Part shown: piece after piece, positions 1 to 10,136 of the stretch
How the letters are laid out: each line of letters begins with the position of its first letter
How positions within the stretch are numbered: the stretch's first letter is position 1
From: Styela clava
Lineage: Eukaryota
Length of the DNA: 64,000 nucleotides
NCBI RefSeq assembly: GCF_964204865.1
Contig: NC_135263.1
Location: forward strand, 11,656,001-11,720,000
Direction of reading: 5' to 3'
Made by a program: the position numbers and the translations under genes
The notes under the pieces: model-generated
Databases searched by the model: none
The model's input: the letters and a program-made list of their open reading frames with translations, nothing else
Told to the model about the DNA's origin: nothing

Positions 1-221
1 ATGCTATTTATAAAATTTTAATGTAACTGGAAATCAGTGGGTGCTACGACTCAAAATTAAAATTTATGAAGTCTCTGGGTTTAGAGGCTTGTACCCAACT
101 CTGGTTAATTTGCAGTGATATCCGACCCAAATCACTGGACTCAAGTTCATGAGTTGATGACTTGGTTTCAAGTGTGAGTTCGTCATTACATGAAACAGTG
201 TCAATAATACCAAAGATATTT

Positions 222-2261
222 CTATATGCTCTCTCCATCACTAAATTCCAGAATTTCATCTTCTGCCAATGCTGTTTCCTTGTGAAGTTCTGTTAAACCT
301 GTAATGTCTTCAAGATATTGTGGTGGTGAATTGAAAACTTCCATCAAAAAGTCTATTTCACCTTCACCATATTTATCGAGCACTATTTTCGAGCAAGCTG
401 TACATTTACTGAAAGAATGTGTGGTTGGGAGTATGGTTTGGTAATGAGAAATAAATCCTCGAATTTGATGTGGAATTAAACCTAAAGGAAAATCATCTTT
501 ATTATCATTGACTTCATCCTCCGTTTTATTAGACAGGTATTGACTTCCTTCACTGTGTTGCAAGACTGAAACAAATAATTCAACAGCTAGCGCTGATGCA
601 ATCATTGATATCCCAGGCCTTGATACTGTGCATTGTTGGTCCAATGTTCGATCTTTAATTGAATTACCAGGAGCCACAACATCATTGCAAAAATAGCAAC
701 CAAGCTTTTGCTGGTCTTCGCTTTTGCTCTCCACTCCATGTCTCATAACAAGGTATGAATCAAAACCCAAAGCTGCATTAATCACTAACTTTCGTTTAGC
801 ACTTGCCAATACAGTAGGCAACCATCGACTTTCTCTTGAATCCATCAACAAAAATACGGCATCATGGCTTTCTATTAGTTGTGTTAATGTGGACACATCT
901 TCCCTCGCCTTTTTTAATGTTTTTTCATTCGTATTGACAGGGTGTCCTGGCATTGGTATTGATAATTCCATACCAGTAGCATCGACACCTGGGAAAATTT
1001 GTACCAGCTTTTCCGCTGCTGCAATTGCTTTTGGTCGACCTCCAGATGTAGAACAATCTGAAAACTCAAACAGTGATTGGCGAACAGGATTTGAAAAAGA
1101 CACTCTCCCATAATCAATAAGAGTGATTTTCTTTACACCCCAACCGAGCAAGGCCCTAGCTACATTGCAACCAAGAGTTCCTGCTCCCAGAAGAAGACAT
1201 TTTGATTTAGCAATTTTTTCAAGATCAATGGTGGGCATAAGTCGCCATCTCATTAGCTTTAAGTTTAAGCCAACAGCGGATTCTGCCAATTTTGTTGGGT
1301 CCATGGTTTCCGCTAAGTTTACATGGCGAGGGCCAAGTTTGTTATTACGATTTCTTTCCCAACCTATTGCAGTGAGTTGATTTGTGAATAAATCACTTGT
1401 GGTAGTAAGATCATAAGTTAAATGTAGAAACAAACTATTTGATATTGTCTTTACACCCTCTTGAATAGTTTCTCTTAGGCATATTACTTTAATGTTCCCA
1501 TTTAATTCCTTCATCCAATGCATACTTACCAAAAGAAGAAAATTGCGTAACGGCCATCCTGGGTGACCAGCTGCCGTACTCGGATCAAAGCATACAAAAC
1601 AGATTTCTTTACTTTGATTTGCCAAACTAGAAAATTCACATAAATCATGGCAGCATGGATTTTTGAAATTTTCATTCTCAGATGCAATTAAATAAAATGA
1701 TTTTCTTCCCTTAAATTTTTTGATTGCATCATTCAATACAGCAATGTTGTTTTCAGATATTTCATCAGTAATGGGGCAACATTTTTCAACTTGTAGGTGA
1801 TCCGTTGCATGTAGAAAAGTTGGAAATCCAAACCAGTAATAGAAGTGATATTTTTTCAAATCCGCAAAACTTAATAAACAGAAGCGTACTAATAAAGACG
1901 GTTCTTGAATAGCTCTACCGCTTTTTATGTCATTCCATATTAAATCAGCCTCGTTTTCCAGCAATTCCTTTTTATCCACTTCTTTGAATTCTTCTACAGT
2001 ATTTTTGTTGTATAACCGTCCATGTGATGCTTGGCAAAGGGATGGAGTTGTACCCAAAGGTTCAAAAGAATCATATTCAACGGTATGACGACATGACACA
2101 CCACCAGAATCAGAGTTCATATAAAATCCATTGATTTCTTGAGCAGAGTCGTTCAATTTGAAGACGTTTAGTTTTTTATCAACAAGTTGATACCAAAATC
2201 CTGGTGAAACAGTGCTGGAAAATGGCACAAACTGTAATTTTTTTGATGCATTTTCTGACAT
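222..2261 (-). CDS. ATG7: Autophagy E1-like enzyme ATG7, single coding exon, 679 aa
   Basis: N-terminal ATG7 domain (ADLKKYHFYYWFGFP, PGWPLRNFL), GAGTLG nucleotide-binding motif, SNPVRQSLF, LGCYFCNDVVAP and catalytic Cys in RTLDQQCTVSRPG; uninterrupted ORF. Confidence 0.97.
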   Translation of the reverse strand: MSENASKKLQFVPFSSTVSPGFWYQLVDKKLNVFKLNDSAQEINGFYMNSDSGGVSCRHTVEYDSFEPLGTTPSLCQASHGRLYNKNTVEEFKEVDKKELLENEADLIWNDIKSGRAIQEPSLLVRFCLLSFADLKKYHFYYWFGFPTFLHATDHLQVEKCCPITDEISENNIAVLNDAIKKFKGRKSFYLIASENENFKNPCCHDLCEFSSLANQSKEICFVCFDPSTAAGHPGWPLRNFLLLVSMHWMKELNGNIKVICLRETIQEGVKTISNSLFLHLTYDLTTTSDLFTNQLTAIGWERNRNNKLGPRHVNLAETMDPTKLAESAVGLNLKLMRWRLMPTIDLEKIAKSKCLLLGAGTLGCNVARALLGWGVKKITLIDYGRVSFSNPVRQSLFEFSDCSTSGGRPKAIAAAEKLVQIFPGVDATGMELSIPMPGHPVNTNEKTLKKAREDVSTLTQLIESHDAVFLLMDSRESRWLPTVLASAKRKLVINAALGFDSYLVMRHGVESKSEDQQKLGCYFCNDVVAPGNSIKDRTLDQQCTVSRPGISMIASALAVELFVSVLQHSEGSQYLSNKTEDEVNDNKDDFPLGLIPHQIRGFISHYQTILPTTHSFSKCTACSKIVLDKYGEGEIDFLMEVFNSPPQYLEDITGLTELHKETALAEDEILEFSDGESI

Positions 2262-2494
2262 ATCACAATGTAATTTTAAGTATTGATAATACTAATTCAC
2301 TGATGAACAAAGAAGTTTATAAGATACAATAAAATGTGTGGACAGTGGACAGTAAAATGTGGCAACAGACATTAAAAAATTTCCGAATGTTAGTTAAATT
2401 AAACTTTCTCTTACAAGAACAGATTTAGCGAATACGCATAAAATATTAATTAGTTGAATAGTCCATGTTATGCACAAAATATTTGAGCATTCCA

Positions 2495-2625
2495 ATGGTC
2501 TGCAGGTTCGTATCCTTTGGAATATGTAAAAGGTTATTGCTGGACTTTCTCACCACACCATAGTGATTTACCTAACAATATAAGCGTTTACTTAAAGCTT
2601 CCTCCACAATCTATGCATCTAAAAT
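2495..2625 (+). mobile_element. Degenerate tRNA-derived SINE fragment (same family as 8788-9129)
   Basis: gcaggttcgtatcc (B box-like), attgctggact and gcttcctccac match the intact SINE body in order. Confidence 0.55.
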
Positions 2626-3463
2626 ATTGAATAGATCAACGGTGCACAACCTGCGGCCGTCGCGAAATAAAAATGCGGCAAGTCTATGAAAAAAAAGTTC
2701 AAAATATAGGATTTGGCGGCTATGCTGGCGTATATTGAAGCAAAACAGAAGCACTGCAAAAAAGTCAGATGACACGATGTGTCACAATCTAGATGGTGTA
2801 TTTGCTGCCAGTTACCTGACTTTGCAAGTTTATCTGCCCACATGCAAGACCAAAGGAGTCATTAAATTGCTACAATTCTTTGCAAACTTTTATAGAATAA
2901 ATTCATAAAAATATTTGACATTTTATTATACTTTTGGGGACAAGAAAATGGGGGCGACCGCCCCTCCCGGCGTTTTTTTCAAAATCGTGCAACCATTATG
3001 CAACTTGCAGAATATATCAGCTCTAGAATAGGTCCACCGAAGAAAAAAAATCCTTCTAAAATGCGAATATTATACTTCCAAGTAGTCCTACATACTTCAT
3101 AATTGGGCAGAGTGCACCTCGCACGGGTCAAATATGCGGTTATGATGTCATAAAGCCAAAAAATTTTGCACGGCCTTCGGCGCGCTATTAACCTCCTGGC
3201 GGCCGTATTGTAAAAAAATAAATGCAATGTGGCCGCCAATAGCAAAAAGGTTGTGCACTCCTGGAATAGATGAACCATTCCAATACTCAGAATGAGAATC
3301 GGGCGGTAGGCCTCTTTGATTAGTTGCCAAGAATAAATTGGAAAACCTCATCTCTTATGAATCCAATCAACAACAAAAATAAATACAAAATGTCCAAAGT
3401 AACAATATTGAAAAATAGAGTGCAAACAATTATTTTTCAAGCATCTAATATTCTAATTGATCA

Positions 3464-5206
3464 TCATAATGGAGATGGGTAATAAGTACTAAAATCCGTT
3501 AATGATACAAAACTTAGAGGTTCTCCTAGAAGAGTAAAACCCCTGATATCAGTGATTTTTACCACAACATAATCACCAGGTTCAGCCTTTCTTTTATATT
3601 CTGTTTTCACGCAACCAACAGTTTCAAAAATATCTACATCAGGAAAGACAACTTTGATATTCCCATCATTCCTACCTAGTAATTCTATTTTCGATTTTTT
3701 GCTTGTTCCATCGACCAGTACTAATTGTATTTTCCCAATGTGTTTAGGTAATATTTCAGTTAAATTATTATGATAACAATCTATTATCTCCCTCAAACGT
3801 CTATTTTTTACATCATGAGGTACATCGTCTTTCATTTTATGATAGGCATGGGTTTTCTTTCTCATGCTATAAGCAAACATGAAAGCGTTCTCAAATTTTA
3901 CCTCACGCATTAGGCTTAATGTATCTTTGTGATCAAATTCAGTCTCACCACAAAATCCTGCAATCATATCTGATGATAAAGTAACTCCAGGTATGAAGTT
4001 TCGAATTTTTTGAGCTAATTCCAAATAATCCTCTCTAGAGTAACCTCTTCTCATTTTTTCTAGTATAGCAGTACTTCCACTTTGTGCAGGCATGTGTAGT
4101 TGTTTGCATATGTTGGATCTATCTTTAACAATTTGTAAAACTTCATCAGGAAAATCTTTTGGGTGGGGTGAGGTAAAACGAATACGCATTTCAGGGTCTA
4201 TCAATGACACCTTATCTAATAAATCAGCAAATCTTAACCCCCCAATTTTGGGTTTATAAATAGTTTTAAACCCCTTAGCTAATGAAGTTGTATGCTCAGA
4301 TACATGGTGGGATTCAGAAATATCTCTGTAGCTATTTACATTTTGTCCGAGGAGTGTCACTTCTTTGATACCCTTATCAGAAAGGGTTTTAACTTCTTCT
4401 AAGATAGATGACACAGGCCGACTTCTTTCTCTCCCACGTGTAAAAGGTACAATGCAATAGCTGCACATGTTGTCACAACCTCTCATAATTGAAACAAATG
4501 CCTTTTTAGATTTTTCATTGAAACGAACTGGCATGATATCAGCATAAGTTTCGTCCATTGATAACATTACATTTATTGTTGCTGTTGAATTTTCTGAGCA
4601 TTCTTCTAATAATCTCGGTAAATCACGATACGCATCTGGCCCTGCAACAATGTCTACTGCTTTTTGCTTTTCCACAATTTCTTTTTTAAGTCGTTCAGCC
4701 ATACAACCCAAAATTCCAATCTTTGGAAATCCTGATTTTACAGACTCTTGTTTTAGTTTTTTCAAAGCATGAAGACGTGACCATATTTTTTCTTCAGCCT
4801 TGTCTCGAATCGAACAAGTAACTAAAAGAATAACTTCAGCTTCAGTAATATCATTAGTCCTTTCATATCCTTTCTTTTGCAAAATAGCCCAGGCATATTC
4901 AGAATCATTCACATTCATTTGACATCCATACGCCTCAAAATAAACCTTTTTTCCAACATGAAAAGGAATCTCTCTTAAATATGGTGGTACAATATCTTCA
5001 ACTTCTTCATTAAAAAGGACAGGATTAGAATTTAAAATAAATTCCTTGATGTCAGGAACACTACTGCTTAATTTGCTATTTGGTGACAGAACAGGCACAC
5101 TATGATGCACAAATAATTTAGGTACTTTCACAATTTGACGTTGCACAAAACATTGTTTAAATGAATAGTGTAGCAGCAGTTGCGTACTCCTACTAGAATA
5201 ATACAT
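3464..5206 (-). CDS. CDK5RAP1: Mitochondrial tRNA methylthiotransferase (MiaB-like), single coding exon, 580 aa
   Basis: UPF0004 domain (YGCQMNVND, TCSIR, GCMAER), radical SAM CxxxCxxC (GCDNMCSYC), FTSPHPKDFP, C-terminal TRAM domain, presequence-like N-terminus. Confidence 0.96.
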   Translation of the reverse strand: MYYSSRSTQLLLHYSFKQCFVQRQIVKVPKLFVHHSVPVLSPNSKLSSSVPDIKEFILNSNPVLFNEEVEDIVPPYLREIPFHVGKKVYFEAYGCQMNVNDSEYAWAILQKKGYERTNDITEAEVILLVTCSIRDKAEEKIWSRLHALKKLKQESVKSGFPKIGILGCMAERLKKEIVEKQKAVDIVAGPDAYRDLPRLLEECSENSTATINVMLSMDETYADIMPVRFNEKSKKAFVSIMRGCDNMCSYCIVPFTRGRERSRPVSSILEEVKTLSDKGIKEVTLLGQNVNSYRDISESHHVSEHTTSLAKGFKTIYKPKIGGLRFADLLDKVSLIDPEMRIRFTSPHPKDFPDEVLQIVKDRSNICKQLHMPAQSGSTAILEKMRRGYSREDYLELAQKIRNFIPGVTLSSDMIAGFCGETEFDHKDTLSLMREVKFENAFMFAYSMRKKTHAYHKMKDDVPHDVKNRRLREIIDCYHNNLTEILPKHIGKIQLVLVDGTSKKSKIELLGRNDGNIKVVFPDVDIFETVGCVKTEYKRKAEPGDYVVVKITDIRGFTLLGEPLSFVSLTDFSTYYPSPL

Positions 5207-5439
5207 TTCTGTAACATGAACCGTAAAATTAATAAATGTGTTACATCAAAAAATAGTAACTTTTTTAGAAATTCAAGAATACTAAACTCAATGTAGATAG
5301 ATATCTACCGTAGTAAGAATTAAGCCCACACTCAACTGTCTTGTTTACTAAGGACTAATTGCAGTGGTGCACAACGATATTAATTTGACCAGGATCTGAA
5401 TTTGTACTCTCTTGTTTTAAAACTATTTTATATGCAAAC

Positions 5440-5760
5440 TTCGGAATTTGTATCTGAGATTGCAGACAAATACATGGACTTTTCCCACATTATTAACATA
5501 AGAATGGTGTTGCCAGTGTGAGTGAATGCTAATATATATTTTTGAAGGATACTTTCGTGTGAAGAATTCCCATATTGTTCACAAGTACATGGTTTTTCAC
5601 CAGTACTGAAGTATTTGTCCCATATGTTTCTATTGATTTTATAGATAATTTTTATATATTGTGTGTGGATATGACTGTCATTTTCAACGATTGCTGTTTG
5701 AACATGGGTAGCACAACGCAATGACCGAACAGAAAACTTCTTATCAATATGCATCAGAAT
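5440..5760 (-). pseudogene. Decayed C2H2 zinc-finger fragment
   Basis: TGEKPCTCEQYG and HTGN linker remnants; shifted frame reads FLC**CGKS. Confidence 0.5.
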
Positions 5761-8246
5761 GAGCGTAATAAATTCTGAATGGCGTGCGAAAGCTTTTATA
5801 TGACCGTCTGGGCTTGCAGGTACTATGTAGCCTATGTATGTATGCTTGTTTGCCTCAAAAATTTAAAAGTATCTGCATAATAATTAAACGTGAGGAAATA
5901 CATGTTCAAGATCTTACTGGCCCAAGACACAGATGTGCGACATGCACGATGCACACCAACAAGTATAACTGCAGTTTAGGACTGCTGCATTATAGTAGGA
6001 CAACAGACATGAAATATACAAATAAAACACTTGTACAATACACAGGACAAAGAGGTACGGTACAGCGCCACCACGATACCGGTATGTACAATATTCAGTT
6101 TATAGCACGTTCATGTCCCCAGGTGTGAAGACATGGGAATAGGGTATAAATCGCATATGTGCTCTCAACCCCGTGCAACTAACTTGTCCCATTATGGCGT
6201 CATATGGACGCCATTTTCGATCATCGGCATGGTAGTGTAACGCGATCAAGCCTAGTTTCAGTGGTTTTCGATGGATCTTGGGGCGGTAATTTTCTTTCGG
6301 CAGTGTGGGAATCCATCAGGACGTTTAATCGGCATAGAACCTGATTACATTAACGTGCCAGATGCAACCCTCCCGGTAACAAACAAAATATTATATATAC
6401 AACCCATAAGACTACACCCACCCCCTTCTGACGTCGTTGTTAAAATTATTATCACCCCATCCATCTATTAAAACTCATGTAGTCGCGAACAGGTATAAAA
6501 TTAAGTATTGCTGAATATCACTCATCTACCCGATCTAGGTTGTAGTATTTTAACCAATTAAATAAATGAGAGTTGAAAGAGACTTTATTTCGTCAACCCA
6601 GAACATAGTCATCAATACAACAACAAAAAATGGAGCAACAAAAAAAAAATTCCTGGTACAAACAAAATGGTGTATTACTACCTCACAGTTCTCTAAGTCA
6701 GCTCCTACCTTCATTGCTATCTGTTATCGGGTTCAAGATTAAGAAAACTAGCTTTAACAGGTAAACGTTTTCACTATAATGACAACAAAATTGAAGGGAG
6801 GGGAGTTTACTCATATCATTCCATTAGTATTTAAAGTCGAGACAAATTTTTGTAGAGAATCCTTTTCCCAGATTCCTATAATGTGATGATAGTGTATCCG
6901 ACGTGAGATAAAATTACAATAAAACGCAGGACATAAAACTAAAGTTTTATTTGTTCTGGCCAACAACAAATATTATGGCGAGTCTATTGGCGAAAAGAAA
7001 ACGAAATATTCGAGGAGTGTATTAGCTAATACTGTAATACAAATTAAAAACAATGATAATCTATATATATTATGATCTAGTCATAGAAAGTCAGAGTCAA
7101 TACTCTGTGATTAAAATAAGGTACGCAATAACCCAGGAAAAAGGAACCCCAATATATTAATTCAATTTAAACAAAATTAACAATATTAATAATAATTCGG
7201 ACAGCAGAGACACCGATGAAAAGATTAAAACGCAGATACAGCGATGCCATTCAATTTCTTTGTCACAAATGAAGGATATAATGTACGGTAAATCACAGAA
7301 ACGAATGTCATGAATGGGACATTCGGAAATATGTTCAACTAAGTACGCACAACAAAGTAGTATTGTAGCAAAATGGAATTACCACATAAAATGAAGTGAA
7401 ATTCTGAATAAGATTCAATAGCAGAAATTTATCATCCGTGACAGAATTACAACCAGTCATAAGTTAGGTACAATTACTATATTTTCCCAATGGATCTAAC
7501 AATTTGCTACTTCTAAAATGCTTGAATGATGAAGTGTAATAGTACACTATTAGGTAATTTGAATAAATATATATATGTGAGTAAATAATAACAGTATACT
7601 TTTAATAATCACTTAATATTAGTAATTCTCGCTGCCGTTCTGCTCCCAAATTGCTTAACAGATGCAACTGCGGTTATGTGTCGTGCATGGATCCTAAGCC
7701 TCGCTTTGATGAATCGCTTTACACAATTTTCTGCCGTAGCAGTGGCGGCGCGGCGCGTCAATAGGGCTGCCCCGGTTGTTTTTTCGGTATAATAAAAAAT
7801 ATTCGAAAAATACCTCAATATCGGTTGCACAGACTGTCTACACTAGCCATATTCTCCCGACATGGTTCATTTTTCGCTCGCAAAGCCTTCGCCGAACGTC
7901 GACGGGGCGACGCCGATTTTTCTCTCTTTTATCTTCCACTCGCCGCGTTTGTCTCGTTTGTTTTCTGTTTCTTTTACTAAATCATCGGGGCCGATCGGGG
8001 GCTAGCCCCGAAATTATGACGACACAATGCCGACGTTTCTTACAACAACATGTTGACATATTCACGCATTCCTTCTCGTTCGTTGGTTGCTTGAAGAGTT
8101 GATAGTTTCATCGCCTTCGTTTTTGTCGCTTGTTTCGCTATTTGAATCAGTTAGAGACCTTTAGTCCATTTGCTTTCGATTTTCCACATTCCTTTTGAGC
8201 TCCTCACTTCTTTCCGGCTTCGCATTTCTTAGCCTTAGACCTCATA

Positions 8247-10136
8247 ATGAATAAGGTTGATGCACTACTTCGCACTCCGTTTTCGCAGCTGCCGCTGGAA
8301 CAAAAATTGGAGGTACAACGTCTTGGGCTTATCAACCAAAAAATTGTTCAATGGAACAATCCCATGACGGAGGAAAGCGTCGGCGTACATTCTGCGCAGA
8401 AACTTGGTATAAAAAACACGAATGGTTGTGTTAAAGCGAGGACAAAAATGCACTTTTTTGTTTTTATTGCCTACTTTTTGCTACCGCCCGTGACTCACGT
8501 TGGTGTAAATTTGGTTTTAGAGATCTTAAACATCTTTCCGTGCGTGCCGGGGATCATCAATCTTCTATGGAGCATCTGGACGATGCAGTAAAATACCGAA
8601 CATTCGGAAATGTTAATATTGCAGCACAGTTGGATGAAGGACGCGCGGTTTCTATTCGTCGGCACAACCAAAACGTCGAGAAAAACCGCCATGTTCTCGG
8701 TCGAATGATAGATGTTTTGAAGTTCATTGGTTGTCACGAGCTGTTCCTCCGTGGGCACGATGAACGGGCTGGCTCTTCTAATAGAGGATAGGATAGGAGT
8801 TACATATTTATCTCGGGGGAGAGGAAAGTCGATAAGACAGCTTATTCATATGGCGAACCACGGCCTCTCGTCCGGTTACCATTCCAAGTCGGGTATGGGA
8901 TTAGTTTTACTGTATTGTTTGTTTTCGGAAGCATGGACTTGGTGGTGGAGGAAGCCGTAACCGACCAGCGGTTACGTGAACCACCCAACGACGGCGAGGA
9001 GTCCAGCAATCCTCTCGCACATAACCATCCCTGCATGGGATTCGAACCTGCGAACCCACGCAGAGTAATTAGAGGTGCGGTGGCGAGCGTATTCCTAACG
9101 CTTAGACCGTTGAGCCACACCGCCGCGCCGGTATTTTTGGATATGGTGGAATACACCGCATCCCTAGATACAGTATTGAGAGATCATCTTGATGCCGCAA
9201 CTGTTTCGAAAGGGACATCTAAGGATATCCAAAGTGATTTGCTCGACTCGATGTATAAAATTTATTTACAACATTTGGCTCTGAAAATTGAGAATTGCCA
9301 GTTCCTTTCGATTCAGTCTGACGAGACAACTGACATCACGTGCGTTTCCCAACTGGCTGTGATTTTTCGGTTTGTGAAAGATGGTAAACCTACCGAGAGA
9401 TTTCACAGCTTTGTACCAATCGTTGATCGCACCGGCTTGCGGGATATCGGCTGTACTGAAAGAAGTGTTACAGCCTTACAACGCGAAGTCAAAATTGATA
9501 GCTCAAACTTATGACGGCGCGGCAGTCATGAGTGGGTCGAAACATGGTGTTTAAGTTTATATAAAAGAAGAAGAAACAACGCAGCGTTTGATTTTGTCTG
9601 CAAAGGAATGCTGTGACATTCTGGTGAATCAAATAGGCGATCGTCTGCGCACTGAACACCTTGCCGCGTTCTCTTTGATGAACCCCAAAAACTTTTCAAA
9701 ATATGCACGTCAATTTCCCATCCATTTGTTGGCTACTGTCTCCAAATTTTACCCCATGATAAACGTGGGTAAATTGGAAAATGAATTGCGATGTATATAC
9801 ATCAATCAAACTTTTTTGAACATCACATCAACTTGCGCGCTCTATGGGTTCCTCATAGATAACACTCTAGTAACTACCTTTGCGGCGTCTGCAAAATTTC
9901 TGGACATCATTTTGACGACGCCTATTTCTTCCGCCGACGCAGAGCGAACATTCAGCACGCTGAAGCGTATTAAAACGTATCTCAGAAACACAATGAAGCA
10001 AGATAGATTAAATTCCTTGGCTGTTTTATCCATTCACAAAGACGTTATTTCTGGGATGCATGACTTTAATCAGCGCGTTATTGAGCATTTTGCTTCCAAG
10101 AAACCGCGGCGTGTTGCATATATGTTCAAGCAGTAG
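8247..10136 (+). pseudogene. hAT transposase pseudogene
   Basis: TTF-type finger (WYKKHEWLC*..LFCFYCLLF), LRGHDE, SDETTD, YDGAAVMSG, hATC domain (AERTFSTLKRIKTYLRNTMKQDRL); frameshifts, stops, SINE insertion and a deletion near 9570. Confidence 0.9.
8788..9129 (-). mobile_element. Full-length tRNA-derived SINE, 342 bp
   Basis: A box tggctcaacgg, B box ggttcgaatcc, (cctat)n tail; removing it restores the hAT frame SNRG-VFLDM. Confidence 0.9.

Noticed and set aside
44-259. 71-aa ORF overlapping the ATG7 3' end
   Set aside because: No recognisable motif; most likely 3' UTR
724-1380. Antisense ORFs over ATG7 (likewise those over ERCC3)
   Set aside because: Shadow frames of the real genes
222-5206. 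Bacterial origin or contamination to explain intronless genes
   Set aside because: ATG7 is eukaryote-specific, the CDK5RAP1 and XPB proteins are animal-type, and they are contiguous with spliced genes and shared SINEs
9040-9129. tRNA gene
   Set aside because: A and B boxes belong to a SINE head followed by body and tail; no clean cloverleaf
8915-9514. 199-aa ORF as an independent gene
   Set aside because: Chimera of antisense SINE sequence and hAT transposase; 10471-11097 similarly runs from P transposase into the hAT end
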